A stretch of 64,000 nucleotides of DNA from a bacterium BMS3Abin14 (GCA_002897695.1 BDTG01000043.1:7934-71933); one strand, 5' to 3'; positions 45,993 through 55,814 are shown, counted from the stretch's first letter. A program made the numbers and translations. Notes: generated by a model from the letters alone, not told the origin.

Positions 45993-47345
45993 ATGGTGCT
46001 GGTAGTAGAGGATGATCTTGATTTCAGGGAACTTGTGGCTGGAGTTCTGTCGGAAAACGGGTACAGGGTTGACGAGGCGCCTGACGGTGAGACGGCCCTC
46101 CAGCTGATCGGCAATACAAAGTATGACGTCATTATCTGTGACGTAAAGCTCCCGGGGATTTCCGGCATGGATGTGCTCCGGGAGGCCAAATCCCAGTCGC
46201 CAGACACTGAAGTCCTCATAATGACCAGTTACGGATCAGTGGACAGCGCCGTAAAATCCATGAAGATGGGCGGGTTCGATTATCTTCAGAAACCGTTTGG
46301 CCTTGCTGAACTTGAGATGAGGGTAGAAAAGGCGGTTCGCCACAGGATGCTCTGCAATGAGGTCTCCTATCTCAGGCACGAGCGTGACATCATATACCGG
46401 TTTGAGGACATCATCGGAAGGAGCCACTCGACCAGGGAGTTCCTGGAGGAGGCTGAACGCGCTGCGATGGTGGACGGCCCGGTCCTTCTTTACGGAGAGC
46501 CGGGAACCGGTCGAAAACTCATTGCGGGGGCGATCCATTACAACAGCGAACGTCATAGCGGGGGTTTTGTGCGTGTCAACAGCGCCGGCATGCGGGAAAG
46601 ATACCTTGCCGGCGACCTCTTCGGCCACGTACGGGGCGCTTTTGACGGCGCCGGCCGCGCCAGGACCGGGCGTTTCGAACAGGCCAATGACGGCACCATC
46701 CTCCTCGAGGAAATCTCCCATGTTTCCCTTGACAACCAGGACCGTATTCTCGAGTTTCTTGAAACCGGAAAACTCCTTCGGATCGGACACTCGAAGTCCA
46801 TTTCACTTGACGTCCGCCTTATTGTCACATCAAGCACGGACCTTGGAAAGAAGGTGCGCGAAGGGGGGTTCCGCGAGGAACTGTATTCATTGATATCTGC
46901 CACCACCATTCGGGTTCCCCCATTGAGAAGTCGAAAGGAAGACATTCCCCTCCTTGCCGAATATTTTTTGAGATCTCTTCCAAAAGAGCTTATGAAACAG
47001 GATGTTGTCAGTATCTCCTCCTCAGCTTTCGTGAAGCTCACAGAGTATCCATGGCCCGGGAATATCAGGGAATTGAAGAACGTTATCGAACGTTCCGTTC
47101 TGACCGGCACCGGGGAGATAATTGAGGCGTCGGACATCCAGCTGCCCGATGAGAATGTGGCTTCCTCAGGATACTCGGGACTGATTCTGAAAGAAATGGA
47201 GAAAGCCGCCGTTGTGGACGCACTGAGGAGAGCAAACTTCGTTCAGAAGGACGCCGCAAAGATACTGGGCATCACAAAAAGGGTGATGCACTACAAGATC
47301 CAACAGTTCGGGATCAAGCATCCCCGGTGGATTAAGAACAGATAA
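45993..47345 (+). CDS. Paralogous NtrC-type regulator with degenerate AAA+ motifs (putative ATPase-inactive pseudo-EBP)
   Basis: Same architecture and an almost identical C-terminal HTH (VQKDAA…[21 protein letters not shown]). Walker A GEPGTGRKL (K to R), GAFDGA in place of GAFTGA, Walker B ILLEEI (D to E). ORF opens at GTG 45945; ATG 45993 preferred. Confidence 0.8.
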   Translation: MVLVVEDDLDFRELVAGVLSENGYRVDEAPDGETALQLIGNTKYDVIICDVKLPGISGMDVLREAKSQSPDTEVLIMTSYGSVDSAVKSMKMGGFDYLQKPFGLAELEMRVEKAVRHRMLCNEVSYLRHERDIIYRFEDIIGRSHSTREFLEEAERAAMVDGPVLLYGEPGTGRKLIAGAIHYNSERHSGGFVRVNSAGMRERYLAGDLFGHVRGAFDGAGRARTGRFEQANDGTILLEEISHVSLDNQDRILEFLETGKLLRIGHSKSISLDVRLIVTSSTDLGKKVREGGFREELYSLISATTIRVPPLRSRKEDIPLLAEYFLRSLPKELMKQDVVSISSSAFVKLTEYPWPGNIRELKNVIERSVLTGTGEIIEASDIQLPDENVASSGYSGLILKEMEKAAVVDALRRANFVQKDAAKILGITKRVMHYKIQQFGIKHPRWIKNR

Positions 47346-47347
47346 AG

Positions 47348-47380
47348 AAAGTCCAGAACTGTTCTTCCCCTCTGGACTCT
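47348..47380 (+). repeat. GTCCAGA-derived hairpin directly after the stop of EBP2
   Basis: aaagtccagaactgttcttcccctctggactct forms an 8-bp stem AGTCCAGA/TCTGGACT. Confidence 0.7.
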
Positions 47381-47396
47381 TAATCAGGAGGTTAAA

Positions 47397-48704
47397 ATGC
47401 ACATTACAGTTATCGGAACCGGGTACGTCGGGCTGGTGACAGGAACCTGTTTCGCCGAGTTCGGGGTTGATGTTACCTGCGTGGACAACGATCCGGAGAA
47501 GGTCTCCATGCTCAAGAAAGGCAAGATCCCCATTTACGAGCCCGGGCTCGAGGAGATGGTGAGGAAAAATACTGATGAGGGGAGGCTGCACTTTTCCACC
47601 AATATCGTTGATGGAATTGAAGAATCCCTGGTTATCTTCATCGCTGTCGGAACGCCACCCCGGGAGGATGGAAGCGCCGATCTGACCTATGTGGAGGATG
47701 TGGCCGGCAGCATCGGGAAGAACATGAACGATTACAAGGTGATCGTTACCAAGAGCACAGTTCCGGTGGGAACAGGAGAGAGGATTCGGGAGATCATTTC
47801 CGGCTACAGGCCGGACAACGATTTTGATGTCGCCTCGAACCCGGAATTCCTGCGGGAGGGATCAGCTATCGAGGATTTCATGCGGCCTGACCGTATCGTT
47901 ATCGGGGCGGAAAGTTCCCAGGCCAAGGCCATTCTCAAGGACCTGTACAAGCCCCTGTATCTCATCGAAACGCCCTTTGTGATAACCAACGTCGTTACGG
48001 CCGAACTTATAAAATACGCCTCCAACGCCTTTCTGGCCACCAAGATCTCCTTTATTAACGAGATGGGAAATATCTGCGAGGCCATTGGAGGCGATGTCAA
48101 CGTTATTGCCAGAGCCATGGGGCTTGATGGACGGATCGGCCCGAAATTTCTTCATGCCGGACCGGGCTACGGGGGGTCCTGCTTTCCCAAGGACACCAGC
48201 GCCCTGACGCGGATCGCCAGGGAGGTGGGAGAGCCGACCGGAATCGTGGAATCGGTGATCAGGGTCAATGAGAAGCAGAAGATGAGAGCATTTGAGAAAG
48301 TCCTGCATGCCTCCGGCGGCTCGCTCATGGGAAAAACGGTCGCCCTTCTCGGCCTGGCGTTCAAACCCAATACCGACGATTTTCGGGATGCCCCCGCCGA
48401 GGTAATTATTCGGGGGATCACAGGTGGAGGCGGGAACGTGAAAGCATACGATCCCGCGGCCATGGGACAGGCAAGGGATGTCCTCGGCGACGATGGGATA
48501 AAATACTGCAAAAATGCCTATGATGCCGTTGAGGATGCCGATGTGATGGTAATCGTCACCGAGTGGAATCAATTTCGTCTCCTGAACCTGGCCAGGTGCA
48601 TGGAACTTATGAAGGAGCCTGTCCTCGTTGATCTCCGAAATGTCTGCGACCCGAATCTCACACGGGAGATGGGGTTTAAATACATATCCGTTGGAAGACC
48701 GTAA
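47397..48704 (+). CDS. ugd: UDP-glucose 6-dehydrogenase
   Basis: GTGYVG NAD motif; catalytic Cys region GGSCFPKD. Confidence 0.9.
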   Translation: MHITVIGTGYVGLVTGTCFAEFGVDVTCVDNDPEKVSMLKKGKIPIYEPGLEEMVRKNTDEGRLHFSTNIVDGIEESLVIFIAVGTPPREDGSADLTYVEDVAGSIGKNMNDYKVIVTKSTVPVGTGERIREIISGYRPDNDFDVASNPEFLREGSAIEDFMRPDRIVIGAESSQAKAILKDLYKPLYLIETPFVITNVVTAELIKYASNAFLATKISFINEMGNICEAIGGDVNVIARAMGLDGRIGPKFLHAGPGYGGSCFPKDTSALTRIAREVGEPTGIVESVIRVNEKQKMRAFEKVLHASGGSLMGKTVALLGLAFKPNTDDFRDAPAEVIIRGITGGGGNVKAYDPAAMGQARDVLGDDGIKYCKNAYDAVEDADVMVIVTEWNQFRLLNLARCMELMKEPVLVDLRNVCDPNLTREMGFKYISVGRP

Positions 48705-48709
48705 CCACC

Positions 48710-49693
48710 GTGGAAATACAGGCAAAAGACCCCGCTTCGGGGAGAATTGCACCCGGTAAGGTCCTCGTGACGGGCGGAGCGGGATTTATCGGATCCCATC
48801 TGTGTGAGAGACTGCTGGAGCTTGGCTGTGAGGTGGTATGCCTGGACAATTTCAACGATTTTTACGACCCGGCCATTAAGAGGCATAATATTGCCGGTCT
48901 GTTGGCGAATCCGGGTTTTTCCCTCCATGAGGGGGACATAAGGGATGTGACCCTTGTGAATACACTTTTCGAAGGGGAAAGGCCGGAAGCTGTGGCCCAC
49001 CTCGCCGCCATGGCCGGGGTCAGGCCCTCCATCGAGGAACCGGTTCTCTATTACGATGTCAACGTGACCGGGACTGCAGTCGTACTGGAGGCCGCAAGGA
49101 AGCAAGGGGCTTCCAATTTTATCTTCGGATCCTCTTCCTCGGTGTACGGGAGCCAGGAAAAGACACCCTTTAGTGAAAAGGACCCCGTGAGCCGTCCTAT
49201 CAGCCCTTACGCGGCATCCAAGGCGGCGGGAGAGCTTCTGTGCCACACCTGCCATCACCTTTTCGGTATGCCCATAACCTGTCTCCGCTTTTTCACCGTT
49301 TACGGGCCGAGGCAGAGGCCCGAGATGGCAATCCACCTTTTTGCGAAACTCATTAGAGACGGAAAAGCTGTTACCGTGTATGGTGATGGTCACAGCCGGA
49401 GGGATTATACATTCGTCGAGGATATTATTGACGGAATTGTGAGATCGCTTGAAAGGCCCCATGGATACGAGATCTTCAATCTCGGCGAGTCCAGGACCGT
49501 TGAGCTGCTTGAGTTGATCGGGTTGATCGAGAAGGGGGTCGGCCGCAAGGCAATTCTGAGGATGCTTCCGGTTCAGCCAGGTGATGTCCCTGTCACTTTC
49601 GCGGATATTGACCATGCCCGTTCTTCTCTGGGCTACAACCCCTCCACACCCATTGAGGAGGGAATCGAGAGATTCATCGAGTGGTTTTCTTGA
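48710..49693 (+). CDS. NAD-dependent epimerase, UDP-glucuronate 4-epimerase-like
   Basis: GGAGFIGS, YAASK catalytic motif; directly downstream of ugd. Confidence 0.75.
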   Translation: MEIQAKDPASGRIAPGKVLVTGGAGFIGSHLCERLLELGCEVVCLDNFNDFYDPAIKRHNIAGLLANPGFSLHEGDIRDVTLVNTLFEGERPEAVAHLAAMAGVRPSIEEPVLYYDVNVTGTAVVLEAARKQGASNFIFGSSSSVYGSQEKTPFSEKDPVSRPISPYAASKAAGELLCHTCHHLFGMPITCLRFFTVYGPRQRPEMAIHLFAKLIRDGKAVTVYGDGHSRRDYTFVEDIIDGIVRSLERPHGYEIFNLGESRTVELLELIGLIEKGVGRKAILRMLPVQPGDVPVTFADIDHARSSLGYNPSTPIEEGIERFIEWFS

Positions 49694-49747
49694 GAAAGCC
49701 ACGAATGGATTTTTTATGACCCTATCAAGACAAAAGGGAGTCGAGCC

Positions 49748-50026
49748 ATGTCATTCGATCGAAAAAACATATTGAAAGAGGCGAAATCCAAGGTCTTTGT
49801 TATTACGGAGCATTATGAATTCATAGGGCTGCTTCATCTCGTCAACATTGACCGGAGGGAAAGCGACGTCCTGAATGACGAAAAACCGTTCATCCACCTC
49901 ACGGATGTCGAGGTCAGGGTCAAGGCTACAGGCAAGAGCAGCCAGGTGCCTTTCGTGGCCATCAACAAAAGAAACGTCATCTGTGTTATCCCGTTTGAGT
50001 CAAGCAAAAGTACCCAGAAAGAGTAG
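49748..50026 (+). CDS. Hypothetical small protein (92 aa), lower GC than neighbours
   Basis: ORF with RBS gggag; no recognised domain. Confidence 0.35.
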   Translation: MSFDRKNILKEAKSKVFVITEHYEFIGLLHLVNIDRRESDVLNDEKPFIHLTDVEVRVKATGKSSQVPFVAINKRNVICVIPFESSKSTQKE

Positions 50027-50033
50027 CACGGGA

Positions 50034-50696
50034 ATGATAGACCTGCACGCCCACACCTTTGCCAGCGACGGTGAACTTCTACACTCGGAGCTCATCCGAC
50101 GGGCCATTTCGGCCGGGTATCGGGCCATCGGTATTACGGACCATGCTGATGAAACGAATTTGGAAGAGCTTGTGAGCCGGGCTGTCAGGGCATCGGACGC
50201 GTGGAAGGGCACAGCAAAGCTCCAGGTCGTTCCAGGTGTGGAGATTACCCACGTTCCCCCTGAAAGAATCCCCGGGTTAGCCGCAAGAGCCAGGGAATTG
50301 GGCGCGCTTCTGGTAGTAGTGCACGGAGAGACCATAACGGAGCCCGTTACTCCGGGAACCAACGCGGCCGCGGCCGGATGCCGGGATGTAGACATTCTGG
50401 CCCATCCCGGCCTTATTTCCAGGACAGATGCCGCACTGGCTGCTGAAAATGGGGTTTTCCTGGAGATTACCGCCAGACCGGGCCACTCTGCCGCCAATGG
50501 CCACGTGGCTGCTGTCGGAAGGGCCTCCGGGGCGCCTCTCGTTCTGAATACGGATACCCATGCTCCCGGCGATCTCATCAGCCTGGACATGGCTGCAATA
50601 ATTCTGGAGGCGGCGGGACTCGATTCCAGTGAGGGAGAAACCGTTATCCGGAATGCCGGCCGCCTTCTGAGCGCCATCATGGCGCACGGACGGTAA
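50034..50696 (+). CDS. PHP-domain metal-dependent phosphoesterase (histidinol-phosphatase family)
   Basis: N-terminal MIDLHAHT…SDG, internal ITDHAD, HGET, C-terminal …NTDTHAP histidine/aspartate motif set of PHP domains. Confidence 0.7.
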   Translation: MIDLHAHTFASDGELLHSELIRRAISAGYRAIGITDHADETNLEELVSRAVRASDAWKGTAKLQVVPGVEITHVPPERIPGLAARARELGALLVVVHGETITEPVTPGTNAAAAGCRDVDILAHPGLISRTDAALAAENGVFLEITARPGHSAANGHVAAVGRASGAPLVLNTDTHAPGDLISLDMAAIILEAAGLDSSEGETVIRNAGRLLSAIMAHGR

Positions 50697-50764
50697 CTCC
50701 AGCATGGATCAGTTGCAATAACATAAAATTTTCAGTTCTATCAAAATAATACGGAGGATAGTTA

Positions 50765-51496
50765 ATGGGTTACGTTAAAAAAAGAATCCGAAAGAGGAAG
50801 ACCACCGATCCTGACGAGTTTGTCTCATTCTATCAGCGGATACTGGACCGGACTCGGGACAATCTCAACCTTGTCCTGTACTCCGGCACAGCCATCGTCC
50901 TGGTGGTTTTTGTCGTTTTCGGCCTTATGTGGAACAGGGCAAACAGGGATAAAGCCGCAGGCGAGGCGCTTGGCGCTGCTGTTTTAAACTATCAGTCTCA
51001 GACATTTGAGAATGGAACGACAGATGCCCAGACGGTAAAAGATGTGCTGAGGCAATCCTTGAAGTCCTTCAGGAAGGTGTCATCCACGTATCCGGGAACA
51101 CTTCAGGGAAATTCCGCAACCCTCTACGCTTCCAACATACTTGTCCGCATGGGCAGCTACAATGAAGCGGCCGCGGTGTTGGAAGATCTCATTTCCAGAG
51201 AGCCGGATTTTGCCGAAAAACTTCGCGTGTCATATCTGCTCGGGCGTGCATACGAGGGTGGCGGAAACTACGAAAAGGCCCTCTCCGTCTATGGAAACCT
51301 GCTGGAAAACAGCGGCGTTGAGATGCGTCCTGTCCTCATGATGGACCGTGCCAGATGCTTTGAACTCAAAGGTGACAGGGACAAGGCAGCCGAAACATAC
51401 CGCAATGTCATTCAGGATTTCTCCGACAGCGTTATAGGGCTTAAGGCAAAATCCGAACTGGCCCTTCTGGGTGAATCCACAGAAGAATCCCCTTGA
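50765..51496 (+). CDS. Single-pass membrane protein with TPR-like periplasmic domain (YfgM-like)
   Basis: Basic N-terminus, one TM helix (LVLYSGTAIVLVVFVVFGLMW), helical TPR-like C-terminal domain. Confidence 0.5.
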   Translation: MGYVKKRIRKRKTTDPDEFVSFYQRILDRTRDNLNLVLYSGTAIVLVVFVVFGLMWNRANRDKAAGEALGAAVLNYQSQTFENGTTDAQTVKDVLRQSLKSFRKVSSTYPGTLQGNSATLYASNILVRMGSYNEAAAVLEDLISREPDFAEKLRVSYLLGRAYEGGGNYEKALSVYGNLLENSGVEMRPVLMMDRARCFELKGDRDKAAETYRNVIQDFSDSVIGLKAKSELALLGESTEESP

Positions 51497-53256
51497 GACG
51501 TATTCTTTCCGGCAACGAAGCCATTGCCCAGGGCGCCCTGGATGCAGGGGTTTCCCTCGCATCTGGATACCCTGGCACACCGAGCACGGAGATTCTGGAG
51601 AACATCTCCAGGCTCGGTGGGGTGAGGGCCATTTGGGCCCCAAACGAAAAGATTGCCGTGGAACTGGCCAGCGGTGTTTCCTACGCCGGGCACCGGACAC
51701 TTGCCGCCATGAAACATGTTGGCGTCAATGTGGCCGCAGATCCTCTTTTTACCATTGCCTATACTGGGATCAGGGGAGGTTTCGTCGTCGTCACGGCTGA
51801 CGACCCGTCCCTTCACAGTTCCCAGAATGAGCAGGATAATCGCCGGTATGCCTCATTTACCTGCATCCCGATGCTCGAGCCTTCCAACAGCCAGGAGGCC
51901 CTCGATTTTACCAGGGAGGCGTTCGTTTTAAGCGAGAGATTTGACCTTCCTTTTTTCCTCAGGACCACTACGAGGATCTCCCATGGAAAATCAATCGTCG
52001 AGGTCTCAAAGTGGGAAGAGAGTGGGGAACGACCTGTTCCCGGACTGGTAAAAGACCCGGCCAAGTACGTAATGGTCCCCGCCAACGCCAGGGCAAGGCA
52101 CAGGGACCTGTTCGAGCGGGTCGCGCGCGTGGCCGCCTTTTCCGAAACATTCCCCTTTAACAGGGTCGAGTCGGCGGATTCCGCCCTGGGAATAATTACC
52201 TCGGGCGCAAGCTACAATTATGTCAGGGATGCGTTTCCCAACGCCTCCATATTGAAGCTTGGACTGGTGTTCCCTCTGCCGACGCGCATGATCCTGGAAT
52301 TTGCCGAAAATTGCGAGAGGCTCATCGTGGTCGAGGAGTTGGAGCCCCACATCGAGGAGTGGGTCAGGGGGCTTGGTATAAAAGTTGAGGGGAAATCCAT
52401 TATCAGCCGCCTCGGGGAACTTGATTCGGGTATTGTCCGACGGGCCATTGAGGGGCGCGGTGAGGACCCTGTTGTACCGGCCCATGAACCGGAGGTTGTA
52501 CCCGTCAGGCCCCCCGTCATGTGTATCGGATGCCCTCACAGGGGGATATTTCACCTCCTTTCCCGGAAGAAAATTTTTGTGGCGGGTGATATCGGATGCT
52601 ACACGCTTGCCGTGACTCCACCACTGTCAGCCATTCACACCACCGTCTGCATGGGCGCAGGAATCAACCAGGCGGCCGGAATGGAGGCTGTTCTTCCGGA
52701 TCAGCACGGCAAAGTGGTGGCGGTCATCGGCGATTCGACCTTCCTGCACAGCGGCATGGGGGGTGTTTTGAACATGGCCTTCAACCGCATCCCCGCGACT
52801 GTCCTCATCCTTGACAACTTCACCACGGCCATGACAGGCCGTCAGAACCACCCCGGGAGCGGCTTTGACATGAAGGGCAACCGTACCCGGCAGGTGAACT
52901 GGGATACCCTGTTGCGGGGGTTGGGTATCGAACACATAAGGATCGTTGACGCATACGACCTGGAGGAGATCGATGCGGCGCTGATGGAGGAGATGAACAG
53001 GGATGCGCCGTCGGTTATCGTCGTTCAGGGCGCCTGCATGCTGCTGAAGAACCAGCCGGTCAAAAGGGAGCCGCCCTATGAGATCTACGAGGATAAGTGT
53101 ACCGACTGCGGCATATGCCTGCGTATCGGCTGCCCGGCCATTTCGAGGAAGGACGGCTTGCCCGGTGAAAAACCGGTCATTGATCCCAGGGAGTGCACGG
53201 GCTGCAGCCTCTGTTTCCAGGTTTGCCGCTTCGAGGCTATCGGGGTGCTGAAATGA
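51493..53256 (+). CDS. iorA: Indolepyruvate:ferredoxin oxidoreductase alpha subunit
   Basis: 587 aa; TPP-binding region GDSTF…; C-terminal 2x[4Fe-4S] (CTDCGICLRIGCP…CTGCSLCFQVC). Confidence 0.9.
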   Translation: MRRILSGNEAIAQGALDAGVSLASGYPGTPSTEILENISRLGGVRAIWAPNEKIAVELASGVSYAGHRTLAAMKHVGVNVAADPLFTIAYTGIRGGFVVVTADDPSLHSSQNEQDNRRYASFTCIPMLEPSNSQEALDFTREAFVLSERFDLPFFLRTTTRISHGKSIVEVSKWEESGERPVPGLVKDPAKYVMVPANARARHRDLFERVARVAAFSETFPFNRVESADSALGIITSGASYNYVRDAFPNASILKLGLVFPLPTRMILEFAENCERLIVVEELEPHIEEWVRGLGIKVEGKSIISRLGELDSGIVRRAIEGRGEDPVVPAHEPEVVPVRPPVMCIGCPHRGIFHLLSRKKIFVAGDIGCYTLAVTPPLSAIHTTVCMGAGINQAAGMEAVLPDQHGKVVAVIGDSTFLHSGMGGVLNMAFNRIPATVLILDNFTTAMTGRQNHPGSGFDMKGNRTRQVNWDTLLRGLGIEHIRIVDAYDLEEIDAALMEEMNRDAPSVIVVQGACMLLKNQPVKREPPYEIYEDKCTDCGICLRIGCPAISRKDGLPGEKPVIDPRECTGCSLCFQVCRFEAIGVLK

Positions 53257-53876
53257 TCGATGTCTCATCCGGGATCTTCAACGTCCTCATTGTGGGCGTA
53301 GGGGGTCAGGGCACCATTCTCGCCAGTGAATTGCTGTCGTACGTTGCTCTTGCGGCAGGCTACGACGTGAAGAAAAGCGAGGTCCACGGGATGTCCCAGA
53401 GGGGTGGGCGGGTGGAGTCCTATGTCAGGTTCGGGAAGCAGATATATTCACCCCTGATTCCCAAAGGGGAGGTGGACTTTCTGGTGGGTTTTGAACTGGC
53501 CGAAACATTACGGAGCATCGAGTGGCTTTCGGCCGGTGGTATCATCCTCACCGACACCAGGGCCATTCTGCCCTACACCTCCCAGGTAGGAGAGTCCCCA
53601 TATCCCTTCGATGCCCTTCACAGAATCAGGCGGCGGGGGTTCGATCCCCGGGTTGTAGAGGGGGAGAAGCTGGCGGCACAGCTCGGTGAACCCAAGGCGG
53701 CAAATGTCGTCCTCATGGGGGCGCTGGCAAGGCTTCTCCCTGTTGACGGGGATGTCTGGAGGTCGGTGATCAGGGAAAACATGCCGGGGAATCTGGCGCC
53801 TGTTAACCTGGAGGCGTTTGAGCTGGGATATGGATCGGGGATATTGACACAAGGACACGATTCGTCTACAAAATAA
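53253..53876 (+). CDS. iorB: Indolepyruvate:ferredoxin oxidoreductase beta subunit
   Basis: N-terminal GVGGQGT motif; start overlaps the iorA stop (ATGA). Confidence 0.85.
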   Translation: MIDVSSGIFNVLIVGVGGQGTILASELLSYVALAAGYDVKKSEVHGMSQRGGRVESYVRFGKQIYSPLIPKGEVDFLVGFELAETLRSIEWLSAGGIILTDTRAILPYTSQVGESPYPFDALHRIRRRGFDPRVVEGEKLAAQLGEPKAANVVLMGALARLLPVDGDVWRSVIRENMPGNLAPVNLEAFELGYGSGILTQGHDSSTK

Positions 53877-53890
53877 AATCCTGTTTCCCG

Positions 53891-53915
53891 TTGATAGGGT
53901 GGTAAAAAGTCGTAT
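53891..53915 (+). repeat. Family-2 motif copy (TTGATAGGGTGGTAAAAAGTC)
   Basis: Seen directly, just downstream of iorB and ~160 nt upstream of paaK. Confidence 0.6.
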
Positions 53916-54074
53916 TTCGCTCGAATGTGTCATTACGAGCGAAGCGTGGCGGTCCCTTGCCTCGTGATATTATTACGGGCTGCCGTGTCGTTGATCTCCT
54001 TTCAATGACGGGCATGGGTTTTTTGCGGCCCTGATAACGTTGAGCTTTGGCCTTTATGCAGGAAAGGAGACACA

Positions 54075-55378
54075 TGATCTGGGACGAAGAATTCGAAACC
54101 ATGCCGAGGGAGGCACTGGAATCGCTGCAGGCTTACAGGCTCAGGAAAATCGCCGAGAGGGTTTACGCTACCGTACCATTTTACAAGGAGGCCTTTGACA
54201 GGGCAAAGGTTCATCCATCCCGGATCAAATCCCTGGATGACCTGAAAAGATTGCCGTTTACAAACAAAACCGACCTCAGGGATAACTATCCTTTCAAGCT
54301 CTTTACCCTTCCGTTGCACGAGGTCGTCCGTATTCACGCGTCTTCAGGGACAACCGGAAAACCGACAGTTGTGGGGTATACCCGGCGGGATATCGATACA
54401 TGGTCATCACTCATGGCCAGGACCTTGTCCTGTGCCGGCGTTCAAAAAGGGGATGTGGTTCAGAACGCCTATGGCTATGGCCTTTTTACCGGCGGGCTCG
54501 GGTTTCACTACGGATCGGAGAAGCTGGGAGCCACCGTTATCCCCATCTCCGGGGGGAACACAAAGCGGCAGATCATGATCATGGAGGACTTCGGCAGCAC
54601 GGTCCTCGTCTGCACCCCTTCATATGCCCTGACCATCGCGGAAGCCATGGATGAAATGGGGGTCACGAAGGACCGGCTCAAACTACGGATAGGTATCTTC
54701 GGCGCTGAACCGTGGTCCCGGAACATGCGCCAGCAGGTCGAGGCCAGGCTGGGTATTCAGGCTGTTGACATCTACGGCCTTTCCGAAGTTATCGGGCCGG
54801 GAGTCAGCGTCGAGTGCATCGAAGCCCAGAACGGACTGCATATCTTCGAGGACCACTTCATCCCGGAGGTGATTGACCCGGATACGGGGGATGCGCTTCC
54901 ATTCGGCGAGGAAGGGGAGCTCGTATTTACGACCCTGACCAAAGAGGCATTTCCGGTTATCAGGTACCGGACCAAGGATATAACCCGGCTGTTCCCGGAA
55001 CCGTGCCGCTGCGGCAGAACCCATGTGAGGATGGACCGCGTGACAGGCCGCACCGACGACATGCTCATCATCAGGGGCGTTAATTTCTTCCCAAGCCAGA
55101 TTGAGAGCCTCCTCATGAACATTGATGGACTTGAACCCCATTATCAGATTATAGTTCGGAGGGAAGGCACACTGGATACCCTGGAGGTGAGGATCGAGGT
55201 CAACGAGGCAGTGTTCTCCGATGAAATAAGGAAGCTGGAGGCCCTGGAAAAAAAGGTGACAAGTGAATGCAAGGAAATCCTGGGGATCTCGGCCAGGATA
55301 AAGCTGGTTGAACCGAAGACCCTTCAACGGTTCGAAGGGAAGGCAACAAGGGTCATCGACGAGCGAAAAATTCAGTAG
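54075..55378 (+). CDS. paaK: Phenylacetate--CoA ligase
   Basis: AMP-binding [10 protein letters not shown] motif and PaaK family length. ORF opens at 54047; ATG 54075 with RBS ggaaaggaga preferred. Confidence 0.9.
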
Positions 55379-55388
55379 GGGGTTCAAG

Positions 55389-55814
55389 ATGAAGGTCAAA
55401 CAGGTTTCCGTTTTTATGGAGAATAAAGCCGGCAGACTTGCTCAGATAACACGGGCGCTCGGAGACGAGGGCATCAATATCCTTACCTTGTCCCTTGCCG
55501 ACACGGCCGATTTTGGCATATTGAGGCTTATGGTCGGTGACACCGGGAAGGCGGTTCGCGTTCTGAAGGCAGCCGGGTTTACCGTAGGAGAAAACGATGT
55601 TCTGGCGGTTGACATCCCCGATCAGCCGGGCGGGCTGGCGGACTTCCTTGAGCTCATCGGGGTCAATGACATCAATATCGAGTATATGTACGCATACAGG
55701 AAGGGCGGTAAGTCCATCCTCATATTCCGGTTTGAGGACCTGGACCGGGCGGGAAAGATCTTTGCCGATACCCCGTTCAAGCTCCTTTCAAGCGAGGAGC
55801 TATACGGGCTTTAA
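55389..55814 (+). CDS. ACT domain-containing protein (tandem ACT)
   Basis: 142 aa; commonly co-clustered with iorAB/paaK. Confidence 0.75.
   Translation: MKVKQVSVFMENKAGRLAQITRALGDEGINILTLSLADTADFGILRLMVGDTGKAVRVLKAAGFTVGENDVLAVDIPDQPGGLADFLELIGVNDINIEYMYAYRKGGKSILIFRFEDLDRAGKIFADTPFKLLSSEELYGL

Noticed and set aside
45935-45995. Alternative starts for the pseudo-EBP (ATG 45935; GTG 45945)
   Set aside because: The ATG at 45935 is out of frame and terminates after ~27 codons. GTG 45945 is in frame but adds a 16-aa leader not seen in the paralog. ATG 45993 aligns with the start of EBP1 (…VLVVEDD / …FLIVEDQ).
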